64,000 nucleotides of DNA from the human T2T-CHM13v2.0 reference genome, Homo sapiens. The notes below the pieces were generated by a model. That model did not search any database. It was not told the DNA's origin and worked only from the letters and a program-made list of their open reading frames with translations. Numbering within the stretch: the first letter of the stretch is position 1; each line of letters starts with the position of its first letter. Where the stretch lies: NCBI RefSeq assembly GCF_009914755.1, contig NC_060934.1; one strand, 5' to 3'. Shown piece after piece: positions 40,449 through 53,645 of the stretch. The translations under genes were made by a program, and so were the position numbers.

Positions 40449-40630
40449 CAGTGGTTCTCAAAGTGTGGCCCCCAGACCAGAGGCCAGCATCCCCTGGGGT
40501 CTTGTTAGAGCTGCAACCTCTCCGGCCCTTCCCCAGCCCACTGGAGCAGAAACTCTGGGAGTGGGTCCAGCACCCTGTGTGGTCCACTGGCCTGGCCTGG
40601 CCTGATGATCCTGACAGCCTTCCTAACCTG
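40449..40630. mobile_element. MER5A-like hAT-Charlie DNA transposon relic
   Basis: 'cagtggttctcaaagtgtggcccccagaccag...cagcatcccctgggg...cagaaactctgggagtgggtccagca'. Confidence 0.8.
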
Positions 40631-41723
40631 TGATAAGGGAATGATGCCTGAGTCTCTCTCTCTAGCCTGGACCTTCCCTCCTTGTGCCCAGTGATTTTTA
40701 TGAAAGTTCAGCACTTTCTCAGGATGATGAACGAGATTCACAGAAAGAGCTAGACGAAGTCTTGGGGACAGGTCTATTGGCACAAGCCTTTCACTTTGAT
40801 GATGGGAGTCCTAGGCCATGGAAGGGTTAAGTGGCTGTGTCATGCACACAGCGTCTCGTCCAAAGGGGCCTTTCCTTTTCAGCAGGTAGACTCTGTCTTG
40901 AAATAATCCACAGGCTAGGGAGGTTGAGGTGTTTATTTCATTGGCATGGACATCAGGAAGACCCAGGCCAAACCCTCCTCTGTTTCTGGAGCCTGCATGG
41001 TGTCTGAGCCCTCCCTTCACACTTGGACAGAGTGCTGCTCTCAGAAATCCACCCAGAATGAGGGCCACTCATTGATTTCCATTAGAAAACACAGTGTTAA
41101 TGAATGAGGATTACTATTCCTCAATATGTTCCCGCACTAATAAGATTCTGATGAGATACTAATTAGTCCCCTCCTTACAAGCCTGTTAAAAATCTCCTGG
41201 GCCATCCTGCACTGTGCTCTGTATACCTGGTCTAACAGGCCCCTCAAAAGGCAAAAGCTGCCAGGAGTCAAGGCTTGTCTGGTCCTCCTTGGGAAAGCTG
41301 CTTTCCTGACAGGCCTGGGCTGCTGTTGGCATGGCCATGGGATTAGGCATGGGTCAGAGCCGGGGTCAGAGGACAGGGATCAAATGTCGGCACTTGGGAC
41401 CAGGGCAGGGCCCGTGACACACAAATGATGTTATTTTCCTAAGTGGCTTATCTTCCAGTCCAAGCCTAATTCCAGGTAGGGGAAGCCTTCAAGGGGCAGC
41501 AGGGATAGGGGTTTGGAGGCTGGGATCTGGACTGGCGTGGGAGGCTGCCTTCTCCAGGAGCTGCTGTCAACTCCCGCAGAGGAGGCGGCACACACGAGCC
41601 ACAGGAGTTTGGAGTCTCCAGAAAAAAGGCCGGGGTGCAAGCTCAGTGGCACGTCGCGGAGGTGCTTCCTGTCTTACACATTTTCTCCATCCCTCCTGCA
41701 CCAAGGAGGGAAGTGCTACTCTT

Positions 41724-42140
41724 AAAAATTGAGATGAAATTTATATAATATAAAATTGACCATTTTAAAGGGAACGATTGGGTGGTATTTAGTATATCAC
41801 AGTGTTCTACAGCCACCACCTGTTATCTAGTTCTAAACCATTTGCATCATCCCAAACAAAACCCTGTACCCACTGAAGAGTTTTTTCCATTTCTCCTCCT
41901 AGCCTGTCAATGACCATATGCCTTCTGCTTCTATGGATGCACTTGTTCTGGGCATTTCATGGGAACAGAGCTCTACAATGCATGTGCTTTCATGCCTGGC
42001 TTCTTAGCATGTTTTCAAGGTTCATCCATGCTGGCTCATGTGTCAGAACTCCATTCCTTTTTATGGCTGAGTCATATTCCATTGTGTGCACAGACCACAG
42101 TTTGTTTATCTGCCGAAGGACACTTGGGCTATTTCCACCC
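41724..42140 (-). mobile_element. Old L1 (L1MB/MC-like) 3' fragment
   Basis: 'attgagatgaaatttatataatataaaattgaccattttaaag...aaaccctgtaccca...cttagcatgttttcaaggttcatccatg...ccattcctttttatggctgagt'. Confidence 0.85.
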
Positions 42141-42469
42141 TGGGATGTGCTATTTTTATTGGTATTTCACAGATAAGAGAATTCAGGGTTGGACTCTCTC
42201 TCAAGTTCACCCAGCCAGCCAGTGGCAGAACTGAGTATTAACTTGGCCTTTGAAGTCTCCACTCTCTCCCCTCCACAGGGATGAACGGCTTATCCTGGGT
42301 TAAAAGGGGGAAACATTCTTGTTCTCTGGCACTCCTGTCCTGTGACTCTGTAAGGAAGAGGTTTTTTGGTGTGTGTTTTGAATACCATTGTTGAGGCAGA
42401 TAATGAGAATCCCCAGAGAAAGTTAATCTGTAATTCAACAGAAATGACCTCACCTTGATGATACTACTT

Positions 42470-43300
42470 CTTTTAAAAAATCATTCTTATTGAGGTGTAA
42501 GTTATATGCAATAAAATTCACCAATTTCAAGTGTATAATTTGAGAAATTTTGACACATGTAGGCAGTTGTACAACCATCTCCATAATCAGATGGAAAGTA
42601 TTCCCATCACCTCGCAAAGTAATATAGTTTGGATTTGTTCCCTCCAAATCTCATGTTGAAATGTGATCCCCAGTGTTGTAGGTGGGTCTGGTGGGAGGTG
42701 GTCAGGTCATGGGGGTGGATCCCTCATGAACGGCTTCGTGATGCCCTTGTGGTAATGAGTGAGTTTTGGCTCTATTAATTCACGTGAGAGCTGGCTATTT
42801 AAAAGAGCCTGGCATCTCTCTTGCTCTCTCTCTCTCTCTGTCACCATGGGACACACCTGCTCCCCCTTCGCCTCCCACCATGAATGGAAGCTTCCCAAGG
42901 CTCTCACCGGAAGCAGATGCCAGAGCTATGCTTCTTGTAAAGTCTGTAGACCCATGAACCAAATCAACCTCTTTTCTTTATAGATTACCCAGCTTCAGAT
43001 ATTCCTTTATAGCAATGCAGAATGGACTAACACACTCCTTTATAGCCTTCCACTCCAAGCCTGGGCTTCTATTTAGCATAATGCTCTAAAATTCACTCCT
43101 GTTATAGCCATCAGTAGTTTACTCCTTTATTGCCAAACAGTATTCACTTATTTGGATACCCCACCATTTATCTTTTCCCCAATCAGTGGACATTTGCATT
43201 ACTTGCCATTTTTGGCTATTGTGAATAAAGCTTCTCTAAACATTGGTGTGTAGCTTTTGTCTGTACTCGAGAGTGAAATTGCTGGGTCCTATGGTAAGTA
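42470..43300 (-). mobile_element. Old L1M fragment split by an MSTB LTR
   Basis: L1M 3' sequence at 42470-42619 resumes at about 43035-43300 ('gtggacatttg...tttttggctattgtgaataaagct...aattgctgggtcctatggtaag'). Confidence 0.75.
42620..43034 (+). mobile_element. MaLR solo LTR (MSTB-like)
   Basis: 'atatagtttggat...ccaaatctcatgttgaaatgtgatccccagtgttg...gaagcagatgcc...tcctttatagcaatgcagaatggactaacaca'. Confidence 0.9.
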
Positions 43301-45119
43301 TGTCATCATATTCCTGCTCAGAGAGGTGGCTTCCTGCAACCAGTTTTCTTTTCAGGATCCAGATGGGTCCCAGGGACCCTAAAATAAGGCCCCTAGTTCT
43401 GTCCTTCCTGGGAAGGGAGAATGTTATATACGGTGGAAATAAGGAGATGATCAAAGTATGATTTTTTGAATTTCATAGTGTATTGCCGTACCAAAAAAAA
43501 TCTCTTCTTAGGGTCACGATGCTTAAAGAATAAAGAGAAGAAAGCTCACAGGGAATCTGCTTGATAGATAAAGTACATTAACCACTTAGTGAGTGGGTTC
43601 CAAAATTATTACAGTCTGGTTGCTCAGTTAGGATGGAAGCAGGTCTCTCTGGGGAAGGTAAGGTCTGAGTAAAGGTTGGAGTATACCTTCCTACAAGCAG
43701 CTCTCAGAGAAGCTGGCTCAACCATCAGGGCAGAGATCTGGAGGTCCAGCGTAAGGACCCTCCATACTGGGGGACTGTGCTGGAGCTGGTGATTAGTCCC
43801 GAGGCTAACAGGGTGTCGCCTAGTTGCACCTGAGCTCTTGGTGTTGGAGAAGCAGCTGTGATGGCAGACATACTGGTTGTCTTTAGAAGCAGCCAACTGT
43901 GTAGACTACCACGGCCTAAGCTCTCCAAATGTCCATTAAACTCTTGGTAACAGAATATGTATTCTGAAGTCCAGTAGTTGAGGTCCATAACTCACAAATG
44001 GGAATTCTGATAAGGTTTGACATCACATTCCTGAGAGGAGGGAGTTCACTCCAAGTTTTCACACAGAGTGTCTGATGAGATATCCCACTCTCAAAGGGAG
44101 TGTGGAATACACAGTAAAACATATGTCATTCATGTAGCAAACTATGTAAGTGCTTGAGATCATTTCAAAATGGTATCACAGGAAGGCCTGTGCTTTGCCT
44201 GTGGGTTAAGATCTACCTGTCCTGGCCTGGAGTAATCTCATAGTGCTCAGAGGTTGGTCATTAGGCCCTCCCAATGACACAGGCAGTTGGGAACTGGGGA
44301 TAAAACTAGCATTCAAAAAACTCACATCTTGATATTCTGAGCCGATGACCTAGAATAATGGTTCTTGGTTTGCAATGGCTCTTTTTAAGGGCCTTCTTCA
44401 AAGGGCTTCCTCCCAGGTGCCCCTGGGTCCCTGATGGTGGCAAATGGCCCGTCTTCTTTTTTCTTAGTAAAGTGGGTCTCATGCTAGATTAAAATTTCTG
44501 GGTGCTGAGGTGAGGAGGTAAGGCCACTTCTCACTGCCTAGCTGGAAGGCAGTTAAGTTCTTCCCAGTCAATAGGCCTCTATCGACCTGCTGTTAGAATT
44601 TTACTAGGCTGGGGAATTGTGAGATCCATATATTGTTTGAAATGGAAAAGAGGAACGAGTTAGGGAAATGTCCAGGCAAATGTCTGTGTGTTTGGAAACA
44701 GAGCTATTCTCTTCCAGGTCTTTTCTAGTGGGGTCATTTGCATGCCCATCTGATAGCAGGGGCACAGCCAGGCCCAGCAGATATAACCCATCTGGACCTT
44801 TGAATGAAAAATAAACATTGGCTTCTTTTAGTTTCCAAAGGTCATTTGCATAAAAACTTGCAGGATTTCCAAGGCCTTGGCAGTGGACTGGAGAGTGAGA
44901 GGTGGAGAAAAGGAGGTTTGCATGACACTGGGACAGCAGAACAAAGCAGTTCAGGTTAACCCTTATTGCTTCCTTGTAAATTCGCAAAGATGTGAAGTCC
45001 AGAGAAGTCAGGGTGGGGGCCCTGATCCTTGCTCTGGTTCCACTTCTAATTTCCCACTTGACCCTTTGGACCTTAGTTTCCTCTTCTATAAAGTGAGTGA
45101 ATGAGCCAGATCTCTGAGG

Positions 45120-45390
45120 TTGTTCATTCATTCAAGCCATTGGCATTTCTTGAGCACATATTATGTGCCAGGCACTCTGCTAGAACAGTAAGATGCAACA
45201 GCGCAGACAAGGTCCCTGCTTTCAAAGAGCTCCCAGCCCAGTGGGGAGTCAGATGGGCCAACAGACACCCAGCCCGCACTGTCACAATGGTGTTCAGGAA
45301 GAGAGAGAAGCCTCGTGTTGGGGGATAGGAATGACCTAGGCTGGGTGGCATAGGGTAAAGAAAGGTTTTCTGGGGTAAGCAATGCTAGTT
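45120..45390 (-). mobile_element. L2 3' end
   Basis: 'ttcattcattcaagc...ttgagcacatattatgtgccaggcactctgctag...cagacaaggtccctgctttcaaagagctc'. Confidence 0.85.
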
Positions 45391-46489
45391 GCCAGTTCTG
45401 ACTGTAAAGTCTCAGACTTACCCACCTGCCCTTTCTGAGAGTTCTTGATTGGAGACGATCTGGGGGATCATATCCAGATGACAGCCAGCATGTCTCTGAT
45501 ATTGACAGACTCCTCTTATAGGTGTAAGTAAAAAGTTCTAAGTGACATCTGCATCTGAATTAGGGCTGCCTTCTCCTCCCTGCTGTCCTCTCTCCTGGGT
45601 TCTCCATTAGATCTTCCAGAACAGAAACATGGAGTTCAGTTGGCAGTGGAAGTGATTTCACCCCAGCCTCGACCTTGGTGTCTACTGGGCGGTGTCTCCG
45701 CTCAGGCCCAGCCTCTGGGTTTAAGATACCAGAGTAAAATGTTGATGTTATTGTAAGTGCGTAGAAAGAAAAAGAGGTGGTAATGCTGGCAGAAATTACC
45801 CTAAGTTCATTTAAAACATCCTGTGCAAGAGTTAAAATCTAAAAGTAAAGGAAATAATTGCACATTTTGAAAAAAATACTAGCTGAGGCCCTCCCAGCCA
45901 AGAGAGAGGGTACCATCAGCAGAAAGAGCTCTGAATGGGATCAGGAGACTTGAATTCTGACCCTACCTTTGTCTCTCACCAGGAAAGGCCTCCAGGACTG
46001 AGTTTTCCCATCTGTAAAATTCGCAGGTTGGACCAGGCAGGTTGCAGGTGTCTTTGGTGCATGAATCTGGGAGTTGGTCAGCCAATGGGACTACATTGTC
46101 TTTAGTGTAGCTGCTGGGGAAAGCTTAATTCCCAGAATCCAGGAGAATGGGCTCCAGCCCAGCCAGCGCCAATCAGATGAGAGAATGAACCAGTGTGAAA
46201 GGAGAAGCGAATTCTGGCAGATGAATCGGTTTTTGTCCTTTTTGAAGGATCATATTACACGGAGTTTCTCAAAGAAGAGCTGTTTTGGTGGGTGTTTCCC
46301 CAATTGGGTGTTTCCCCAAATGCTTGTGGGTGCATCATCTGCCTATGGACATGCCCTCCAAAGAATTTGTTCTACACCCAGATCCTTAGCAAGATAGCTT
46401 TATTGAAGAAACACAAGCTTTATCAGCCCCAAACAGTTGAGACCAGCCTCCTTTGGTCCCCTTTCCCTTTAAGAATTCTTATTGTGACT

Positions 46490-46900
46490 GACTGCACTCT
46501 TCTGGCACAATTAATTAAATCAATGGCCCTCTCATAAATTTAAAAATACATCTCCCATGTCTTTAAATCTCTGAATCCCAGCTGGGAAACTGAGAGGCGT
46601 GAAATACACAGTCATCACGTCACAGCCACGGAGACCGCGTCCCGGAGCTGTAATTCCGTGATAAATGTCTCCCAGCCACATGGCCACGGTTTGGTTATGC
46701 CCTAGAGGTGACGGGGAGGCTGGGAAGAAGAAGGGGTGGCTGGTTATTGGGCTGCCCTGCCGTGTGCTTTGGGGATTAGTGTAGACCGGAGGCTCAGACA
46801 GCAATGCAGGGCAAGGCCAGGACTCTCTAGAAAGTTCATAATAAAGTTGTCTTCATCTGTGGATTTGGAAAGAGATCCGGGGAATTTCACTAAGACTGCT
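46490..46900. promoter_or_regulatory. Candidate enhancer with local CpG cluster
   Basis: CAATTAATTAAATCAATGG and CATAAA homeodomain sites, a GCGTGAA paired-domain-like site at about 46597, and many CpGs at 46598-46730. Confidence 0.45.
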
Positions 46901-47039
46901 AGAAAGCAACATATGGGGGCTTGTGTTCTGCCCATTCCTCTGAGGCTGAAAGGAACAACCAGTGACTTCATGGCTTCTCCTGCCAGAAGCGAGAGGGCAC
47001 AGCCCTGGACTGGCAAACACCCTCTCCAAACATGGCTTT

Positions 47040-47420
47040 ACTGAGGATCTATGAAGCACCAGGCACTGACCTGGGCATTACAGGTGCAGTGGGGACAAGT
47101 GGGCCAGTCCTGCCTAAGGTGGTTGACAGCCTGGAGGGGGTTTCAAGGCAGGGTGACCACAGAACAGATGCTGCTGGAAGGCACCCGTGGGCACCCTGCC
47201 ACGCTGGGATGGAGCCTCCAGGGGAAAGGACTTCAAGCTGATGCTGGAAGAGTGTAAGGTTGCTAGGACTTTCCCAGGTAAAAGATAAGGACAAAAGGTG
47301 ATGTCGGAAGAAGGAAAAGTGTTCCATGCAGTGGGGATGGTAGTGGGAGAGAGCGCGGCACAGACTTTGAGGAACTAGCGTGACTCAGACTGGGAGAGGA
47401 TGGGGAGAAGAGCAGGAACT
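47040..47420 (-). mobile_element. L2 fragment
   Basis: 'gcaccaggcactgacctgggcattacaggtgcagtggggacaag...gtcctgcctaaggtggttgacagcctggagggg'. Confidence 0.6.
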
Positions 47421-50055
47421 AGCCGGCTGCGATCTAGGCCTGGCACTGAGCTCCGGACAACCTAGATGCTGCCATCTCGGGGAGCTTAGATGGTGGGCGG
47501 GATGGAGTGGCTCAAGGGTGTAGGGCGGGGCTCCAGGCTGGTAGCAAGTGCCTTTGGTGCATTTTGGGAATTCACTTTATGACTCAATTTGAAACAGTGT
47601 TGAGGTTGAGGCTTTTCTGTCCCCTTTGGTTTTAGTAGATTCTATTCATTTTTATGATGATTCTTTTTTATTTATTTATTTTCAGTTGATATTGCTCCCA
47701 GTTCACTGAGAATTGTATTTCACAAAACACTGTTTTCTGAACTGCTTGACTTTTCACCATTGCGAGTTGTTTTGTTTAGGACAAATGAGGGAAAGCCCCA
47801 TGTCACACATGCTAATAAAATTGCAGGGCTCCTGATCTCCTGGTATTCGGTGCTGCCAGGAACTCCCAGGATGGAAGACCCAAGTGGGAGCAGCTTCAAG
47901 ATGCACCGTGGGGTGGAGTGGAAATTTACAAACCCCACAATCTCTCTCTCCCAGTATCAATACGCATCTCATATCCTGCAGTTTGAATGCAGCACCTCAC
48001 TCATTCTCAGCGAATCCTGGAAAGGGAGTGCTCGTTTTCCCATCTCGCTGACCTCATCTAGGGCTCTGAGAGATCCCACAACCACCCAACGCGAGAAAGT
48101 GGAACAAGACTTGAGCCCAGGGACAGCATTCCCTCCGCCAAGCACAGCACCAACATGGCGGGTGGGGAGAGTCACTGTGTAGTAGCTCCAGCAACCATCA
48201 CTCAAATTCCCCTTTTGATGGAGCTGGTGAAACCTGGGCTCCTGCAGAGAAGCAAACATGGCCTTGTATGTCCTGGGGGCCTTGAAAACGCCCAGGTGCT
48301 CATGCCATGCTGAAGGCTTGGCACACAGAGGTACGGTCAGAGCGGGGGTGGGGGGCTCTTTCTTTTTGTGGGTTCATGTGATTGCCCCAGTATTTCCAGA
48401 CCCATCTGGCAAAAATGATTGGCCAAAACTGTTAATTTTAAACTTATTATTTTACCAGTGGAATTTTAAGATGATTTAAAAACAATTAAAGGCATATCTA
48501 TATTGATGGATGGGTAGGTAGACGGGAGGTATAGATATAAATTATGTGCTGAGCTGACAATAGAAGAGAATGGGGCCTCACTACTGCTCCCCATCCCTTC
48601 CTCACTTCCTCCTTCCCTTTCCCCTTCCTTCTTATCTGGCCCCTGGGTCTGCATAAGCACCATATGAAAATATTCTTGAATCTACGTCTATTTTCAGCTT
48701 ATGCTTGGTTCTTAGCATTAAAATAAACCCTGGCACCTCATTACACACTGTATGAAGCAGAACCGCCTTTCATTTTTAAAACTGTCTCCTTCAAGCTCCA
48801 AAAAGTGCTTTCTAGTTTTTGCAGGAAGCCACATGATTTCTTGGGAAAAGCACAGGTTCTGGAGTCTGACAGGCCTGGGTTTAATCCCAGCTGGGTGGTG
48901 CTAAGTATTGACGATCTCCTCTTTGAGTGTCAATTCTTTCCTAGGCAAATATCCACTGTGCAAAGATTTGTGCTTATTGAATTAGACATTGCATGTGATG
49001 TTTTCCTTCTCCCGGGGTCCTGGGTTTTAAACTCCTGGTTCACTTGTCCATATTCTTTCTGACTTTTGAATACCATATCCTCTCTGCTGCACCTCATCGT
49101 TACTCTTCCCTGTTTATAACCTGGACCTGGCTGAAGACAGAAGGAATGCCCTTTGCTTATTCTGGACTGTTCTGATTCTATAAAGCTGATGCCTAAAGCA
49201 GCCCCCTTATTTTTTATTTGTTAAAGCTAATTCTGACTCCGACCTTTCATCGAAGTGAGCAGGCACCAGCATGGTGCCTTTAGACTCTGCTTGCATGGGG
49301 TCTCCAGTGGGCGGGTGGTGAGCAGAGCCCCCTAGGCCTCAGAGCCCCCTCCTTTGGGGCTTCTGCTCTAGGCAGCACTCTGTGACATCATCAATCACCC
49401 TCCACGGCAGCCCCCACCCCAGCCCCCTCACTTCTCTCTGCAGGTTACACCACCCCCAACCTGGACCCCATCCAATAGGCTCGTGGTCCCTGATGGTCCT
49501 GGACCACTGATTTGAGGCCTTTCTGCTTCCTTTGATTCAGTCTTTGGCAGAGACCCAGGAGCAGGAGTCCTTGATGGCACCTGGCCCTTTCTAGTCACCG
49601 ACAAGGGAAACCTGAGAAACCATTCTCAGAAATGGAACTAAATTGTGAGTGAATCTGTCCCCATCTGGAGAAGAGAGGAAGATTTGGGGCAGCAACAAAG
49701 GCTCCTTTGATTTCTGTTAATTAACTACTTTGGACTCTGGGGGTCTGGAGTGGCTTGTGTTTGACACACAAAGAATCCGGGGCAAGGATGATACCCACAA
49801 CAGGGTGTCTGCACTGGAAAGGGCTCCGTGTATTTACCTGTAGGGCAATTCAATTAAAACTCAAGAAAGGGGTAAATCTATGAGATTAGCTCCAGGAACA
49901 ATGGTGCTGATTGTTGCTGGCCCTCACCATCCCTACGAAAGCAGATGTTAAACAAATATTTTGATGCCTCCAATCAGCCCCAGTGTGAATCTCCTGTTTT
50001 TGTTTTTCATTATCTCCAGAGATGGGAATTCTACAGTCTTCATCAGTAGCCCACT

Positions 50056-50091
50056 TTGGTGATCTATTTAAAATTGGTGATCTATTTAAAA
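50056..50091. repeat. Perfect 18-bp tandem duplication
   Basis: Two copies of ttggtgatctatttaaaa. Confidence 0.95.
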
Positions 50092-50434
50092 GACTCCATA
50101 GAACTTGATTGTAAATATCCAAATGGAGGGACATGATTCATTAATATAGGGACATTCTGGAGTTGTCCATTCGGCCTTTGCTCCTCCCCATTCTCAGAAG
50201 CACCCTTCATTACCGGAGAGGTTTCTTGGACGTTTGTGGCAGGCTCAGGAGGAAGAGAAGAGGTAGAGGGGGAAAAGTGTATAGACTGGGGGCTGGGGGC
50301 AATATTGCTGGGAGGACCCTCAAAGGAAGCCACTGGAGTCTTCTAGATGTTTGGAAGAGAGGAGTAGTTGAGCAGCTGCAGTGTGACACAATGGAAAAGT
50401 AATTTAAGAAGTGTCCTGGGCCACATATTCCCTT

Positions 50435-50480
50435 CATGTATGTATATATGTATGTATGTATTCATGTATGCATGTATGTA
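50435..50480. repeat. Imperfect (TGTA)n microsatellite
   Basis: Seen directly. Confidence 0.85.
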
Positions 50481-52469
50481 GGAATGAGTGTAAGAAGAAA
50501 TGTATGTAGAGAAGTTGAAATGCTGTAGTAAATTTTTGGTTGCCAGACCACGCTCATTTGACCATGATGCCATTCAGAGACTAAACCACTTGGGACCTAG
50601 CTTCACTGGGATGACACATACTTACCTACAGACTGACTTGGTGATTTTTCTGTTAAATTATTATTTTGTTTTTAATAAAGGAAGAATAAAACTTGGGATA
50701 TTTTAAAGATACTGACATAGAAATAGAGGAAAATGGATATAATTTAATAAAACTTTGGAATCTGAACAGCATCCAAGCCTGCCTTCGAAATGGGATCATC
50801 ACCTCTCCTCTTCCTGCCTTTCCTTTCCCCATCTGGGATGGATGCCAAGCTCTGCAAGGCAGAAGGCCCACCTATGCTGCTCATATGGGAGCCCCAGGGC
50901 CATTGCTTGGCACAGAGTAGGGCTTCAGTGTGTATTTTTTTAGTGATAAAAGGAAGGAATCAAAGAAACGTCAGGTTCTCAATGGCTGCAATTCTGTGAC
51001 CATATAAAAGAGGATGAAGCCCATCTTGTTTCCACATGAGGGTCTCTGAAAGCAAGAGTTTGAGTGGCTCAGATCTGAAGTCCTGTCCTGTGGGCCAGAT
51101 GCTGTGGGGACTTCCTTGCTGTGTCTCTTGACTCTGTTTTTACAAAGCAATCAGGCTGCATTTATGATAATATTGGTCAAACTGAAGCAAGTAATAAAAT
51201 TCAAGTGGTAGATATGGAATCATTTCATTTGAACATTTTTAGCTTCACATTTTTCAAATGGCCATTTGGCTTTGTATAGACACAATGAAAGAATTATGAC
51301 CTTTGGCTAACTTTACTGAACAAGGCAATAAAGTATAGTTGAAGTATATAGTGCCTTTTGATTTTGTGGGGGAGGGAATGTCATTATAGCGTGAATTATT
51401 CTATTTCATTGACGTGGACTACAGTCATAGCATTCTAAAGAGAAGGAAAAGTCCTGGGCTTAGTCCATGAGCCTTGGGAGGGGAAGGGCAGGCAGTCCAG
51501 GGAGAGAGTTGTTCATGCACTTAAGGGTCCCTAAGAAAAGGAATTTTATATCTGCTTAGATGGGTTACTTTGCCTCTCTGAGACTCAAACTTCTCTGTAA
51601 AACATGGAGAATTAAGTTACCTGACTTAAGTTACCATGACTTCTTTATGTCATGATCGTGTGGATCGTCAATAAGAGGCACCTCACAGTATTTTGTAGAC
51701 TCAGAAGTACCATGCAAATCTATTTCATGTTCTGTTAGTTTAAAGCAACTCTACCTCGGAGGCCTAGAATATATATAACATATATGGCTGCATGAAAAGA
51801 TAAATCTTAATATTTATTTTAAGGGTCAATAATACAGAATTTGTTAGCTACATAATCATTATTTACCTACAATTGCAGATTACTTTATGAGGATAATGAC
51901 TCTTGGGTAATTGCTTTGTTGTAGCAAGATATCCACACACGTATAGCCAACCACGTGAATTATAGCTTTTTAATCTCACAATTACAGAGCAGTGTGAAGG
52001 CTACCAAAGAGGTTGAGATATAATTGCTAATTGCCAAACAGTGCACTGGGACTTTGTTTATTTCCCATCATGACAGTTTAACAGCAGGATGAAAAGTGAG
52101 TAGCATAATTTGGGCATGGTTTTGCATATGTCTAAGTGAAGACTCAGCCCCAGACTTTTCTGAGTTGCATTTTTTTAGTTGGTGTTTTAATAGGACATTT
52201 CCCAACTTGAGATGCAAACATATAAATTGCGAGACTTGCTTTCAGTTCCTCCAAAGGATGACATGATGGCAGATGGAACGGCCTGGACGTTTCCTCTTGA
52301 ATTAGTGCCCGCTTCATCTAAGGTCCTCAGTGAAGGGTCAGCATGGAGGTCACAACCCTAATGAAGAGAGTTGGGATCAATAAAGGCAGGGATCGTTGAC
52401 TCACATTCAAGCCAATAAGTATTGATTCAACTCCTTGTGGAGAGAAAACCAGCCCTGGAGTGGGGCTCT

Positions 52470-52690
52470 CTGAGACTGGAACTTGTTTCCACCATTTATG
52501 AATTGTATGACCCAGGCCCTGTTACCTCTCTCTGATCTTTAGTTTCCCCAACTGTAGAATGGGAATGATCATAACAGAAACTCCTTTGGGGGTTGTGGTG
52601 AGCTGGAGATGAGCTAAATGAGATGATGCAGGCTAAGCGCTTGGAGCAGTGCCTGGCACGCAGGCAGAAGGTTGGCCACGTTGTCATTGG
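52470..52690 (+). mobile_element. MIR
   Basis: 'cttagtttccccaactgtagaatgggaatgatcataac...aaatgagatgatgcaggctaagcgcttggagcagtgcctggcac'. Confidence 0.8.
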
Positions 52691-53334
52691 TGCCCATCTG
52701 GTGTGAGCTGTGCTGATGCCTTCTTACACTAATTCCTTAGGTCAGTGTTTCACAGAGGCCCACCCATCTCACAGGAGTCCTCGCATGTCTGATGTGCTGC
52801 TGACTTAGCTAACTCTATAGAGGTAATGCTCTATTAGCTTGAAATGATCCTGCCTTGGGGGCTGGAAGACAGTGCTGGCAGATCCTTCTCCTCCATGTTG
52901 CCAAATCCTTCATCTCCTGAGAACCTGTCATCTACTGCACGTGAGAGGACTTTGCATCGGAGCTTCCCTGATGCTCAAGGGATGTTCCCAGAAACACTTT
53001 ACTTTTTAAGGCTAATGAATCAGACTTAGCTCACAGGGCTTTTGTGCAAATGTTCTTAGTTTTCAAGCCTGGCTCTGCCTGGGCTGCAGCCCTCCCTTGC
53101 TAGAAACTCTCTGCCCACAAGCACTTACTCTTATACTCTAAGTCACTGCCTTCCTCCTTCCATGGAAATCCTTCTTTACTTGCCAGGCCCCACATGAATT
53201 CCAGCCTCCCATGGAGCTTTTTTTTCTCTACCCAACCTGCAGATTAATGAGCTGTTCCCAATCCACATGGGTGATTTCACAAGTATGTTCACCAGCAACT
53301 CAGTTAGATTTGCACAAATAAGACCTTGCCCTGA

Positions 53335-53645
53335 GGCTGGGTGTGGTGGCTCATACTTGTAATCCCATCATTTTGAGAGGCCGAGGCAGGAGGATTGCTT
53401 TAGCCCAGGAATTCAAGACCAGTCCTGGCAACAGAGCAACACCTCGCCTCTACCAAAATAATAATAATGATTAGCTGGGCACAGTGGCTTATGCCTGTAG
53501 TCCCAGCTACTTGGGAGGCTGAGGCAAGAGGACTGCTCGGGCTCGGGAGGTCAAGGCTGCAGTGAGCTATGGTCGCACCACTGCACTCCAGCCTGGGTGA
53601 CAGAGAGAGACCTTTCTCAAAAAACAAAACAAAACAGAAAAACCA
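53335..53645 (+). mobile_element. AluJ
   Basis: J diagnostics 'ggaggattgctttagcccagga' and 'gtcaaggctgcagtgagctatg'; TSD accttgccctga / acctttccctga. Confidence 0.95.
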
